In this document: positions 48,801-62,224 of the stretch, piece after piece
Layout: each line of letters opens with the position of its first letter
Numbering within the stretch: position 1 is the first letter of the stretch
Translations under genes and position numbers: made by a program
From: Mobula hypostoma
Lineage: Eukaryota
DNA length: 64,000 bases
Assembly: GCF_963921235.1 (NCBI RefSeq)
Contig: NC_086126.1
Location: 12,400,001 to 12,464,000 of the forward strand
Direction of reading: 5' to 3'
The notes under the pieces: generated by a model
The model's database searches: none
What the model was told of the DNA's origin: nothing
What the model saw: the letters and a program-made list of their open reading frames with translations, nothing else

Positions 48801-49544
48801 CTCACCATTTCCCCGTCCCCTCTTCCCTCTCTCCTTGGCTGCTCATCACCGCCCTCTGATGCTCCTTCCCCCCCTTTTCTTTCTTCCGTGGCCTTCTGTC
48901 TCTTTCACCAATCAACTTCCCAGCTCTTTACTTCATCATTCCCCTTCCAGGTTTCACCTGTCACCTTGTGCTTCTCACTCCCCTCCCCACCCCATCCTTT
49001 TAAATCTACTCCTCAGCATTTTTTCTCCAGTCCTGCCGAGGGGTCTCGGCCCGAAAGGTCAACTGGCCTGCTGAGTTCCTCCCGCCGTTTGCGCATATTG
49101 TACAAACTCCTTCCAAGCAGTGTCGGGAATTGAACCCTGGTGACCCCCATGCTACGCTGAAGGTGTTCTGCACCCAGTGGAATCCATCACGAAAACACAA
49201 GCGTTTGAGATTCTGCCGCAGACTTTGAGCTGTCCTGACGGAGAAAGCAGTCCCTCTCCACGCGCTCTGACCCCACCTGGACATGCACGGGGTGGTTTTG
49301 GGGTGTCTTTAGCACGGATCTCTGATGCTGTGTCTTCACCTTTCCCCCATTCTCCAGTAGCACCCAGAGAGAGCTCAGCACTCGGGGATCGGAGGAGGAG
49401 ACGGAGGGCAAGTCAGAGGACGACGACGACGACTCTGAAGACGACGGGGACCTGTTTGTGAACACGAACCGCAGGAACTACGAGTACTGGGAGAGCGAAG
49501 AGGACAGCGAGGGGGAAGAGGAGAGCGAGGGGGAGAAGGTGTGA
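39831..49544 (+). CDS. EIF1AD: Probable RNA-binding protein EIF1AD (eIF1A OB-fold, 175 aa)
   Basis: Exons 39831-39917, 41734-41842, 44345-44453, 45765-45800 and 49358-49544 with consistent phases. [61 protein letters not shown] and an acidic tail. AATAAA at 50047-50052. Confidence 0.95.
39975..41065 (-). mobile_element. Penelope-like element 3' part (GIY-YIG and pLTR)
   Basis: [15 protein letters not shown] and [13 protein letters not shown] in ORFs 40642-41133 and 40374-40640. Confidence 0.9.
40039..40076 (-). ncRNA. Minimal type-I hammerhead ribozyme motif
   Basis: cagtc-CUGACGA-a-ggg(ucuugg)ccc-GAAA-CG-UC-gacug: intact core, 5-bp stem I, palindromic stem III. Confidence 0.75.
41993..42925. 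repeat. 52-bp minisatellite array (about 18 units) in an EIF1AD intron
   Basis: Same unit as 18131-18811. Confidence 0.95.
43289..43731 (+). mobile_element. Tigger/pogo-like non-autonomous DNA transposon nested in a CR1 fragment (about 42950-44020, -)
   Basis: TIRs cagtcggccctctgtatccacaga and tctgtggaaacagaggaccgactg with TA on both sides; CENP-B-type HTH remnant [13 protein letters not shown]...LPPSTIHTI. Confidence 0.85.
45997..47490 (-). mobile_element. Penelope-like retroelement (RT C-half, GIY-YIG endonuclease and pLTR)
   Basis: 366-aa ORF 46394-47494 with RYIDD, FLDL, YKPT and [29 protein letters not shown]. Confidence 0.95.
46062..46099 (-). ncRNA. Minimal type-I hammerhead ribozyme motif
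   Basis: uagtc-CUGACGA-aggc(ucucg)gccu-GAAA-CG-UC-gacug: perfect 4-bp stem II and intact core. Confidence 0.8.
47494..48319 (+). mobile_element. Inverted, internally deleted Penelope-like copy (GIY-YIG and pLTR, hammerhead motif at 48183-48220)
   Basis: 47517-48290 is the reverse complement of about 45997-46769. Confidence 0.92.
48615..49080 (+). mobile_element. Older Penelope-like 3' fragment
   Basis: [10 protein letters not shown]...[10 protein letters not shown] motif; degenerate hammerhead near 49028-49065. Confidence 0.8.
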
Positions 49545-50499
49545 GTGGGTGGTGCCTGATTGTGGGGTGTGGGGGGGGGCAGATGTTTTTGCATGAAGCT
49601 CGAGCTCCAGTTGAGACGACCAAGGATGGTTCTTCCCAAATGAGCGCCCTTCACACCTTCCCTTCAGCTGGGACGTACCATCAGGGTCCAATGCTACACA
49701 GGGCAGAGAGCTGGCATGACCACAGTGCACTCCCCTGGCCGCGGGTAAATTATTTCCTAGCCCACCCTATCTATTGAATCCTGTAACATTGTGGGGGCGG
49801 GGGGAGAGGAGACAGGATTTAGACTGACTGGCTTTAACTCTTGAGCAGGGGGGCCTGCTGAGGAACGAGGGACTGGAACACGCGTTCCTCACCCCAACTG
49901 ACAATGGGTATCGGTCATCTTTTTCGCCTCAGCTCCCACCAGCCAAGAAGAAAATCAGCCGGCAGATAATTTTGCTGATCTAATGTATTCTCTACCACAC
50001 CGCCCCACGGTGATGGGGGAGAAAATGTTTTGTTTTTGTATAAAAAAATAAAAAGTTACAGAGACGAGTAGTGTCCCGTGTTGTTCCTCGAGGGCTACCT
50101 TGTCCTCACACCTTCAGTAGTGGGATGTATATTGTCTCAGATACACTCAGAATATGGTACACAGGAAAATGGTTTTAGAATGTCACCCTCACCCTCCTTG
50201 GTTCAACATTATGGGATCCTCCTGTATGCAGGAAGAGAAAGGGTTAATATTTTAGGGCACAGTTCTGATGGCGTGCATTTCTCTTCCCACAGAAGCTGCC
50301 TGACCCACAGAGTTCTTATTGATTTTAAATTTTCAGCCACAGCAGCTTTGGATCAATAGTTCGGGGCAAGAGTGGTAATGTTGCAGCTCTACAAAACCCT
50401 GGTTAGAACACCCTTGGAGAATTATTGATATAGTGTCTCAGAAAAGTATATTGCAGAAACTGGCCCATTTGGTCTATGCTGAACCACTCAGACTGCCTA

Positions 50500-52400
50500 C
50501 CTGCACCGGGATCTCCACACCCCTACCATCCATGTCCCTATCTGTACTTCTCTTAAATGTTGAAATCCAGCTCGCATGCACCACTTGTGCTGGAAGCTCG
50601 TTCCACACTCTTCATGCAGTTTCCCTTCATGATCCCCTTAAACTTTTCACCCTTAACCCATGACCTCTAGTAGTCCCACCCAACCTCAGTGGAAAAAGCC
50701 TGCTCGCACGTACCCTCTCTGTACCCCACAGAATTTTATTGTATCGTCGTCAGTTCTGGTCACGTTATTATAGGAAGGATAGAAACCCTGCAGTACAATA
50801 CAGGCCCTTTGGCCCACAAAGCTGTGCCCAACATGTCCCTACCTTAGAACTGCCTTGGCTTCACCCATAGCCCTCTATATTTCTAACCTCCATGTACCTA
50901 TCCAGGAGTCTCTTAAAAGACCCTATCGTATCCACCTCCACCACCGTCGCCGGCAGCCCGTTCCACGCACCTGTCTCTCTGCGTAAAAAAACTTAACCCT
51001 GACATGTCCTCTGTACCTACTTCCAAGCGCCTTAAAGCTATGCCTTCTCGTGCTAGCCATTTCAGCCTCTGACTATCCACATGATCAATGCCTCTCATCA
51101 TCTTATACACCTCTATCAGGTTACCTCTCATCCTCTGTTGCTCCAAGGAGAAAAGGCCGAGTTCACTCAACCTATTCTCATAAGGCATGCTCCCCAATCC
51201 AGGCAACATCCTTGTAAATCTCCTCTGCACCCTTTCTACGGTTTCCACGACCTTCTTGTAGTGAGGCGAGCAGAACTGAGCACAGTACTCCAAGTGGCCC
51301 TAACCAGGGTCCTATATAGCTGCAACATTACCTCTCGGCTCTTAAACTCAATCCCATGATTGATGAAAGCCAATGCACCATATGCTTTCTTAACCACAGA
51401 GTCAACCTGTGTAGCAGCTTTGAGTGTCCTATGGAATCGGACCCAAAGATCCCTCTGATCCTCCAGACTGCCAAGTGTCTTACCATTAATACTGTATTCT
51501 ACCATCATATTTGACCTACCAAAATGAACCACCTCACACGTATCTGGGTCGAACTCTATCTGCCACTTCTCAGCCCAGTTTTTCCATCCTATCAATGTCC
51601 TGCTGTAACCTCTGACAGCCCTCCACACTATCCACAACACCCCCAACCTTTGTGTCATCAGCAAATTTACTAACCCATCCCTCCATTTCCTCATCCAGGT
51701 CATTTATGAAAATCACAAACAGTAGGGGTCCCAGAACAGATCCCTGAGGCACACCACTGGTCACCAACCTCCATGCAGAATATGACTCGTCTACAGCCAC
51801 TCTTTGCCTTCTGTGGGCAAGCCAGTTCTAGATCCACAAAACAAGGTCCCCTTGGATCCCATGCTAAAGTCCATATACACTGCATCTACGGCTCTATCTT
51901 CATCAATGTGTTTTGACGTGGACGCTTTATAGAGGGTGTCGAGGAGGTTTACCAGGACGTTGCCTGGACTAGAGAGTACATCTAATGAGGATAGTTTGAG
52001 CGAGCAAGGGCTTTTCCCTGGCAAGGAGTATGAGAGGTGAACAAGATGATTAGAGGCATAGATCAAGTGGACGGCCAGAGACTTTTCTCCAGGGCAGAAA
52101 TGGCTGATCCGAGGGAGCATAATTTTAAGGTGACTGGAGGAAAATATAGTGGGGGGGTGTCAGAGGCAAGTTTATTTTAAAAGAATGGTGGGTGCATGGA
52201 ATTCTTCGCCAGAGAAAGGCACATAGATGATTGAAAAATGGAGAACTATGTAGGAGGGGAAAGGTTAGATCAGGGGTTGCCAATCTTTTTTTATGCTGTA
52301 GAGCCTGTCCATTAACTGAGGGGTCTGGGTACCGCAGGTTAGGAGCTCTTAACTGTTTGAGTAGGTTAAAAAGTTGACGGTATGATGGAGTGAAGGGCCT
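50500..52400. mobile_element. Cluster of CR1 fragments (main piece about 50780-51910 on -)
   Basis: [15 protein letters not shown] and EYCAQFCSPHY motifs in the - strand ORFs. Confidence 0.85.
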
Positions 52401-53249
52401 GTTAAGTTGATGACCCTGTGGTTGCTTCTCTGTGGCGTGACAGCCTGGATGAGCAAGTTTCAGCTGTTGGCAGAGGGAACAGTTGGCCACAGTTTCTTCC
52501 ATGCCTCCCGCACCCCTCAACAGCCAGTGTCGGCGCTCTTTTACTGTTACCCCCCTCCCCCTCGCTGCCGTGTCGCAGCGTTGGACCAGACGCCCGTGCT
52601 CAGTTGTAAATGAGCCGGGACCGTGGCCGAAACCGCCCCGTGCTCTCTGGAGGGATGCGCGGTCAGCGTAGCGCCCAGCCACCCAGGTTCAATTCCTGCT
52701 GCTGTCAGTCAGGAGTTCGCACGTCCTGTCCTCACTGTGTCCGCGAGGGCTTCCCCCCAGCATTCCAAAGACGCACGGAGCAGCAGTTTAATTCGTTGGG
52801 CTGGAGCTGTGCTGAATCTCTAAATAAGCTGCTCGGATTCTGCATCCAAACCAGTTCCACCAGGAGGCAACGAGAAAGCCCCGAGCAAGTCCCGGCCTCG
52901 AGTTTCGGCACAGCTGAGAAAAGCTTAAAGCTCCACCTTATTGCTCGGAATATCTGCCCTGGGAGAACTGGTCACAGAGCAACACACACACACACACACA
53001 CACAAAATGCTGGAGGAACTCAACAGGTCAGGCAGCATTCCTGGAGGGGCAATAATGTTTGTGGCGACACCCTTCAAGATTTCATCAGGTCAGAGACACT
53101 CCTCAAACACACAGCCGTTTAGGAAAAAGAAAGCTGCTTTTATTAATGTACACAGTAAAAGGATAGAGAGAGAAAGAGAGAGGGAGACCAGGTCACACAA
53201 AGACAAATCCAAATCCTCGCCAGCCCCAATTCTGACGCTCGCTGGAGAT

Positions 53250-56200
53250 TCATTTGGTGATCGTGTTTCTGTAAAAGGAGGAAAAGTCATGAAACGGGGA
53301 CTCGGAGAACACCGGACGCAACGCACGCTCACCCAGAACAGCTGCCAAGCATTGCCCTCCACCCGCCTGTTGGCTAAGCCGCCAGTGCCCTGATCTAGGT
53401 CCTGGTCACAGGCACAGCAGCCCCCACCCCACCCAGACAGGGCCATGCATGCAGTTCCGCCCCCCCCCGGCTCACTATAATGGGAGAGAATCACCGGAAT
53501 TGTCACCTCTGGAGAATTTATCCAACAGATAAACCATTGAAAGCTCGTGAGGGGGATCTTCTCACCCAGAGGGTGGTGCGGGTGTGGAACGAGCTGCCAG
53601 CGGCAACAGTTAGATGTCTGGGTCAGTATATGGACAGGAGGTGTATGGCCCGGGTGTGGATTGGCGGGACTAGGCAGACTAACAGTTTGGCGTGGAGCAG
53701 ATGGACTGACTGAGCCATTTCTGTGTTGTCGAGCTGTCTGAGGGCCGTGGGGAACTGACACCTCTCATTTTATTACTGGCCCCTGGCCCCATAAGAGCAA
53801 AGGTCACAGAAGTAGAATTAGGCCATCTGACCCAATGACTCATTCAGAGTTGACTTATTTTCCCTCTTAACCCTTTCTTCTCCCCGTAACCTTGGCTGCT
53901 CTTCCTAATCAAGAGCCTCCGCTTTAGGTACACCCAACGACTTGGCTGGCCACAGCCAATGAATTCCACAGATTCACCACCCTCGGGCTAAAGAAATTCC
54001 TCCTCGTCTCCGTTCCAACCGGACACCCAGGATCTCCACTACCCCCCGACAAAACCAGGCCTGGACGGGATCATGGGCAGCCCTGGGGCCAGCTCGGGTG
54101 AAGAGCGCACCCCGCCCCGATTGAGGACCACCAGTCCCGCCCCGCCTACGCTCCCACGCCCCGGCCCGAGCTCACGTACACGTTCATGCTCTTGCCGCTC
54201 CCGCTGAGGACGATGTACGGCGTCTTCTGCGCTTTCTGCTTCTCCTGCAGGAGGGCCACCGTGCCGAGAGGCGTGTCACTGGAGCTCATCTTCCTCAGCA
54301 GCTGCATGGTGAGGGCGGGGGGGGGGTAACCAAAGAGGAGGTGAGGTGGGTCAGCGATCCTCTCCCATCCACCCCACACACCAGAGAGGGTCCCCGACAG
54401 TCTCCCCGCGGCGGGCGGACGCCTCGATTAACGGGACGCGAGAAGCTGGCAGGGACAGACACAAAGGGACTCTGCAGGTGCTGGAAATCCAGAGCAACAC
54501 GCACAAAATGCTGGAGGAACTTGGCAGGTGGAAGGAGGGGTGGGAATAAACAGTCAACGTTTCAAGCCAAGGGACTTCTTCAGGACTGGAGAGGGAAAAA
54601 GCCAGAATAAGGTGGGGGGGTGGGGAAGAGAAGGAGTACAAGCTGGCAGGTGAGGGGGAAGGTGGGAGGGTGGGGGATCTGGGAGAAAGTAAGAAGCTGG
54701 GAGGCCTGATGGGTGGGGTAGGGTGGGGATTGGACCATGGGAAAAAGGGAAGGAGGAGGGGCACCAGATGGGCAGGTGAGAAGGGGAGAAGAAGGGATGG
54801 AAAAAGAAGGGTGGAGGAGGGAGAAATAACTAAAAGTTAGAGAAATTGATGTTCACACATCAGGTTGGAGTCTACCGAGCTGGAATGCGAGGCATTGCTC
54901 CTCCAGCCAGAGTTTGGCCTCGACACGGAAGCAGAGGAGGATGAATTGAGAAGGGTGGCGGCCGGGAGAGATGCCGGGCTTCGAGGCGGAGAGGGGGCTG
55001 AGGAAGCAGCGTGGGACAAACACATCACGACACTCACGTGTTCCTCCTCGAGCTTCTTCATCCGCTTTTCCGTCTTCATTTTCCCCGAGCCCTTCCCGTG
55101 GAAGCGGTGGGAGAGCTGCCGGAACGCCTGAAGTATTTATTTTTTCGGGGCAAGATGGCAGACAGTCAGTTTACGTCTCACAATAGATTTGCAGACGACA
55201 CAAACACAGGTGGAGGGGCAGGTAGTGTTGAGGAAGCAGAAGCACTCAGATGGCAGCGTAGGGAAGTGTGTGGTCATGCTCTTTGGTAGAAGGAATAAAG
55301 GTGTGGATAGTTTTCTAAACGGGAACCAAATTCAGAAATCAGAGGTGCAGAGGGACTTGAGAGTCGTTGTGTAGGATTCCCTTAAAAGATCATTTTCAGG
55401 TTAAGTTAGTAGTAAGGAAGGCCAATTCTATGTTAGCATTCGTTGAGGGACTAAAATATAAACGCAAGGGTGTAATGTTGAGGCTTTGGTCAAATCACAT
55501 TAACAGATTTGGACCCCCTACTCCAAGAAAAGATATGGCAAGGGTCCATAGGAGGTTCCAAGTTGAAAAGGTTCATGCGTGAGGAGTTTAATGGCTCTGG
55601 GGTGGGAGTTTTAAACAATTGGGGGATTGGGGAGAAACCTTCACAAGTCCCACTGAAGATCTGAAGGCCTAAATAGAGTGGATGTAGAGAGGATGTTTCC
55701 GATCGTGGGGGAGTCCAGGATGAGAGGAAACAACCTCAGGATGGACAGAGGTCTCTTCAGAACAGAGACGAGGAGGAATTTCTTCAGCCAGAGGGAGGTG
55801 AATCTGTGGAATTCATTGCCACAGACGCTGTGGATGCCAAGTCATTGAGTATATTTAAACAGGAGGTGGGTGCCAAAGGTTACGGGGAGAAGGAAGGGTT
55901 GAGAGGGATGATACATCAGCCATGATGGAATGGTGGAACAGGCACGATGGGCCAAATGGCCAAATGCCGACCCTTTGGCTTATGAGTTTATTTCAGCCCA
56001 AGTTGTGGGGGCGAAGTGAGCAGAACAGGAAGCATTGGTGAGCGGTTTTCCCCTCCGGTTCCTTCAAACCCCCTCCAGCAGAAAACAGAATACCAAACGC
56101 CTTCATAGAAGTCCATTCTGCCCTCTGCTCCATGCTAGCTACCCCCATCAGTAAAATCACCCCCTCCATCTCTGAAAATTATCCCCGCCCCCACCCCACC

Positions 56201-59145
56201 CTCGAAGCTGCCCATCGACCCCACTTTCACCCGTGCTCCAGTTAACGTTGAGTAGTTCACGCAGTCCATCGATTGCAAGGACCTCGCTGTGGGAGGGGAC
56301 CAGAGCACCTGGGAGAAATTGCAGCGGTCGCAGGGAGAATGTGCAAAGCCCAGACAGCACGGGAGCGGAGAGACAGCAACACGACCCACAGCTCTCAGGA
56401 CATTCGCCCTCTCCACCATGAGCACCGCAGTTAATGGCCAGACAGCACATCCGAAATTCACAGCAAGCCCCTCGCTAATATATTGGAAATACACTCAGTG
56501 GCCACTTTGAGGTCCCTCCTGGACCCAATAAAGTGGCCGCTGAGTGTATGTTCGTGGTCTTCTGCTGCTGTAGCCCGTCCACTTCAAGGTTCAACGTGTT
56601 GTGCGCTCAGAGATGCCCCTCTGCACACCGTTATTGTAACGAGTGGTTATTTGAGTTACTGTCACCTTCCTGTCAGCTTGAACCAGTCTGGCCGTTCTCC
56701 TCTGAGCTCTCTCATTGACAAGGTGTTTTCGCCCACAGAACTGCCACTGACTGGATGTTTCTGTTTCTCGCACCGTTCTCTGTGAACTCCAGAGACTGTT
56801 GCGCATGAAAATCCCTGGAGATCAGCAGATTCTGAAATACTCAAACCACCCCATCTGGCACCGACAATCATTGCATGGGTCAGAGTCACCTCGATTATAT
56901 TTCTCCCCCATTCTGATGTTTGTTCTGAACAAGAACTGAACCTCTTGAAGGTGTCAGCGTGCTTTGATGCACCGAGTTGCTGCCACGTGATTGGCTGATT
57001 AGAAATTTGCATTAACGAGATGTACTGAGTGGAGATCGCTGGGTCTAATTGCTGGAACTCTTTCCCGACAGCAGAAAGGGAACAGCTTCCCCAGATGTGT
57101 TTCAGGGAGACAGCTCACACCCCCCCACCCACCCATCCCACCACAACCCTGACCCTCTCCAGACCACCAAATGCCCAGGTCACCATCATTTTCTTTCCAA
57201 GAGCTGTCACTGGCTAGAGAGGCAACACCAGAAAAAGAGAACGGATACCAGTAACGGTGACGTGAACCGAACGCAGAGCTTGTTCCGAGTCCCGATTCTG
57301 CGTGGACCACAGTCACAGGAAGAACATGGCCTTTCAAAATCCAAATGTAAGTCAGCCCAAATAAATCTTTGGGAGGGAAAAAGAGTTTTTGCAGATTTGC
57401 AAATCTTGAGCAACACACACGAGATGCTGGGAGAACTCTGTAGGTCAGGCAGCACCTACAGAGGTAAGTGACAGTGAAAGTTTTGGGCCGAGACCCTCCC
57501 ATCGGGACTGGAAAGGAAGGGTCTTGGCCCGAAACGTCGAGAGTTTACTCTTTTCCATCGGTACAGCCTCATCTGCTGAGTTCTTCCAGCATTTTGTGTG
57601 TTATTTGTGCCTGAGGATGTGCTGGGAGCAGCTAAGAGTCAGTGTAGCATGCACACAACTCACTAAGCCTGATGAGTTCTTCTTTGGAACGAGGGCGAAA
57701 ACCAGAGGAAACCCACGCGGTCCCAGGGAGGACGTGCAAACTCCTCGCGGGGACGTGCAAACTCGTCACAGAGAGTAGCGGGACCTGCTCCTGTCAAGTG
57801 CTCTGTTAAGATATACCGGCCACAGAATCTCTGGGCCGTGGCCGTGGACTACGTCACACTGTGGGGCGAGCAGCGGTGGGGTCTCCTGACACAAGGCCAG
57901 TGCCTGTGACACTCTCTGTGGAGCATCCAACACCCAGACCAACCCTCTACTTTTACAGGAATTCCTTACTGCAAATTACATTCCACAATCCTATAAAATG
58001 CGGCACCAAATACATCGACAATATCCGTGACCAACACAAGCCAGTCACAGAGAAGTACAGCACACACAGGCCCTTCAGCCCATCTAGTCCATGCTGAAAC
58101 CTTTTAAACTGCCTACTCCCACACCCCTACCATCCATGTCCCTATCCAAACTTCTCTTAAATGTTGAAATCGAGCTCCCACGCACCACTTGTGTTGGCAG
58201 CCCGTTCCACACTCTCATGACCTTCTGAGTGAAGAAATTTCCCCTCATGATCCCCTTAAACTTTTCACTTTTCACCCTTAACCCATGACCTCTGCTAGTA
58301 GTCTCACCCACTCTCAGTGGAAAAAGCCTGCTTGCATCTACCCTATCTATACCCCTCATAATTTTGTATACCCCTATCAAATCTCCCCTCAATCTTCTAC
58401 ATTCTAAGGAATCAAGTCCTAACCTACTCAACCTTTCCTTATAACTCAGGTCCTCCAGACCCGGCAACATCCTTGTAAATTTTCTCTGTACTCCCTCAAC
58501 CTTATTTACATCTTTCCTGTAGGTAGGTGACCAAAATTGCACACAATACTTCAAATTAGGCCTCGCCAACATCTTCTACAACCTCAACATAACATCCTAT
58601 TGCCTGTACTCAATGCTTTGATTTATGAAGGCCAATATGCCAAAAGCTTTCTTGACGGTCCTATCTCCCTGTGACGCCACTTTCAATGAATTAAGGACCT
58701 GTATTCCCAGATCCCTTTGTTCTACCGCACTCCTCAGTGCCCGACCGTTCACACACCGACCCTCGTCGATCATACTGAACTGCAACACCACACACTTCTC
58801 TGCATTAAACTAAACTAAAACGTTCCCATCCCTGTCAAGAATGGCATTTATCCCCCGTAGCGCCCAACGGTCCCGGCACACCTCCCTGCACGTTTCCTCT
58901 TCAAGAATACTCCAGAATGGAACATTGGCATGCAGTGCCCGGGCAGAGTCCTGGGGCATTGCCTGTGGAACCACCTCCCTCCCCAGCCACTCCCAGGACC
59001 CTTTCCTACCTCTTTAGGAGTCAGTCTCCTCCCCGATTCGTCGACGTAGTCGATCTTCACGTCGGGCCGGTACCCCTCTTTCTCCTTGAACTCCTGCGTG
59101 AAGCCGCGATACTCCTCCCGCCTGCTGTATTTGTCGTCTATTAAC
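53250..59145 (-). CDS. SART1: U4/U6.U5 tri-snRNP-associated protein 1, last four coding exons (upstream exons not found in the window)
   Basis: Exons 59145-59010 ([15 protein letters not shown]...LTPKE), 55127-55038 ([20 protein letters not shown]...), 54301-54180 ([14 protein letters not shown]...KSMN) and 53268-53250 (NTITK*). AATAAA on the - strand at 53144-53139. Confidence 0.96.
54465..54910 (-). mobile_element. Penelope-like pLTR fragment with a hammerhead-like motif (54551-54588)
   Basis: cagtc-CUGAAGA...GAAA-CG-UU-gacug and the shared terminal motif. Confidence 0.65.
55185..55985 (+). mobile_element. Degenerate CR1 3' fragment
   Basis: RFADDT and VQRDL remnants plus a CR1 3' UTR. 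Confidence 0.75.
56490..57030 (-). mobile_element. Non-autonomous Tc1/mariner-like element
   Basis: [30 protein letters not shown] remnant; cactcagt...actgagtg ends; a related piece lies at about 30215-30370. Confidence 0.7.
58040..58800 (-). mobile_element. CR1 3' fragment
   Basis: ORFs 58084-58572 and 58597-58791. Confidence 0.88.
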
Positions 59146-59369
59146 CTGCACCAAAGCGCCAAGGTTAGTGTCCACAGCTGGGCTGGATAGACCCCCACCG
59201 TGTGGAGAATATCACCATGGGGGGGGGGGGAACATGGCTCGGACTGTGGCCGTTCAACCCCACCTTCAGCAGGGCCAGCCTCCAGCAGGCACCGACCGAG
59301 CATCCTCTGTGGGGGGTCTCACACCCGTGACTCTCTCAACGTCACCGGGCAAGATATCTGGGTGGTTTA

Positions 59370-60780
59370 TGAAAATTATGGAAGGGGTAGAAAAGATAGA
59401 GGCAGGAAAGTAGTTTCCACTGGCAGGTGAGACTACAACTAGGGGCATATCCTCAAGATTCAGGGCAGTAGAGTTAGGACGGAGATGAGGAGGAACTGCT
59501 TTTCCCAGAGAGTGGTGAATCTGTGGAATTCTCTGCCCAATGAAGCAGTGGAGGCTGCCTCAGTAAATATATTGAAGACAAGGTTGGATAGATTTTTGCA
59601 TAGTAGGGGAATTAAGGGTTATGGGGAAAAGGCAGGTGGGTGGAGATGAGTCCATGGTCAGATCAGCCATGATCTTATTGGGTGGCGGAACAGCAGGCTC
59701 GACGGGCCAGATGGCCAACCCCTCTCCCTGTTTCATATTACCTGTGTTCTTATAGTTGAGAAGGTGTTGGTGCGTTGGCCTTCTATAATCGTGGGCCTAA
59801 GTTCAAGAGCCACAAGGTAATGTTGCAGCTCTATAAAACTCTAATTAATCCACACTGAGAGGATTGTGCTCAGTTCTGGTCACCTCATTATAGAAAGGGC
59901 GTGGAAGCTTTAGAGAGGGTGCAGAGGAGATTCACCAGGATGCTGCCTGGATTGCAGAGCGAGTCTTATGGGGGAAGGTTGAGCGAGCTAAGGCTTTGTC
60001 TTTGGAGCGAAGGAGGATGAGAGGTGAAATATTGCTATATTTATACTCCATTCGTGGTCGGTGCAACTGTAACGAAGCCCAATTTCCCTCGGGATCAATA
60101 AAGTACGACTATGACTAACTGACAGAGGTGTGTAAGATAAGGGGCATAGACCGAGTGGATAGCCAGAGGCCTTTCTCCCCAGGGCAGAAATGGCTAATAC
60201 AAGGGGGTATTAAGATGTCCAGAGGAAAATACTGGAGACTGGCGGAGGTAGTTTTTTTTAAAAACACAAGTATGTATTATGCCGTGCCAGGGGTGGTGGT
60301 AGAGGAATGTAAGGACCTCATGGACAGGCATATGGATGAAAGAAAACTGGATGGCTCTGCGGCAACGTTCCCTCTAATTTGCAATGATCAGTGTGCGCAA
60401 AACATTTTTTTTTTGCCCAGTGACAGCAACGTGAGCGCAATGAATAATTTCCTAGAGAAGAACAGGACAAATAAGCCAGTTTTGAGATCGGCTGACAGAT
60501 CATCTCAAACCCCACGTCGTCAGCAGCGCCCGCATCAGAAACCGGAAGTGGAAATGTGATTGTGGAGGGTTGTGAAATAAGCTGAGCGCGCCAACAAGGT
60601 AGAGGGTGACAATCTTCTGTGTGCAGTTTAAATTGCTTTGTGCGCTAGTAGCAGAAAATGCGAGCGCAGGCACACCTGAGAGGGAACGTGACCCCATGGC
60701 AGGGAAGTTAGACTGATCGTGTAGGTTAAAGGGTCAGTACGACAGCATGGCCAAATGGCCTGTACCGTTCTGTGTGTTGT
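59370..60780 (+). mobile_element. CR1 3' fragments with a nested MITE-like insert (about 60364-60689)
   Basis: CR1 3' motifs; short inverted ends acgttccctc and gagggaacgt bound the insert. Confidence 0.65.
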
Positions 60781-62224
60781 ACTCAGGCTGCAATTTAACA
60801 TCTCAGCCTCCTGGCTGACTTCACCTCATGTGTAACTACCCTCTCTTCACATTCAGAATACAAGAGATTCTGCAGATGCTGGAAATCCAGAGCAACACAC
60901 ACACACACACACAAAATGCTGGAAGAACTCAGCAGGTCAGGCAGCATCTATGGAGAGGAATAAACACTCGACGGTTCGGGGTGATCTCCTTCTTCAGGAT
61001 CCAAGACCTGCCTGCTTCCCGCTGCATCAGGAGCACGGCACAGGTTGTTGGAGGTCCCTTGACCACGGCCCAGGTTAAATGCAACCTCGGCTCCACAGGA
61101 GAGATGGCAGATGCCGGAAGTCTGGAGCAACGCACACACACACAGAATTCCAGAGAAACTCCCAGAAAGTCAGGAAGCATCCACGGAGGGGAATGAACAG
61201 TCGACGTTCTGGGTCGAGAAGCTACGGTTACGACTGCTGGAGGAACTTGGCAGGTCAAGCAGCACTTGTGGAGGGGGGACCCTGCCCAAGACTTTGACTG
61301 TTTATTCCCCCTCCACAGATGCTGCCTGCCCTGCTGAGTTCCTCCAGCATTTTGTGTGTTGCCTTCTTCACATTCACTGGCTCCTTCACTGGTGAGAGCC
61401 TCTCTACCGGCAGAGAGCACTGAACAAAGTTCATCTGCGGCAGCCAGAGGAGTGGGGCTTGAGGTCCTCCTGACACCCCAAGACCCTTCCCCCATCAGCA
61501 GTGCGACGGAATACTTCACACTCGCCCAGGTGAATATGGCTCCAACGACTCAAAAGTGTTCGACACCATCCAGGTCAAATAGCCCGCTCGATCGGCACCC
61601 CATCTGTCCTTCTAAACGCTCCCTCCCTCTACCGCCAGCGCACAGTGGCTGCAGTGTGCACCGTCCACAAAATGCACCGCACGCGGGCTGCCCCTCCCAA
61701 ACCCAGGGGCAGCCGGCACAGGGGAGCACCACCACCCACTCTTTCCCCCTCTCAATCACACACCGGCCGAACTCGGAAATGTATCGCCCTTCCTTCACTG
61801 TGACTGGGTCGAAACCCAGAAGCCCCATTTCTAACATTCCAAGGCGGGACCCATCGCTTGCAATGGCAGACAATATTCCGTCTGGGCAGACTCCAACATG
61901 ACAGCATGAACATTGCTTTCTCTCGGCAATTTCTCATCCCTCCCCCTCCTCTCTTTTCCCATTCCCCATTCTGGCTCTCCTCTTACCCCTTCTCTTCTCC
62001 TCACCCCACTAATCATTTCCCTCTGGTACCCCTCTTTCCCTTTCTTCCATGGTCCACACTCAGAAACATAGAAAACCTACAGCACAATGCAAGCCCTTCG
62101 GCCCACAAAGTTGTGCCAAACATGCCCCTACCTTAGAAATTACTAGGGTTACCCATAGCCCTCTGTTTTTCTATACTTCTTTGTCAACTTTCTTTTTCTT
62201 CAGTCCTTTCCCTCTTCTACCTAT

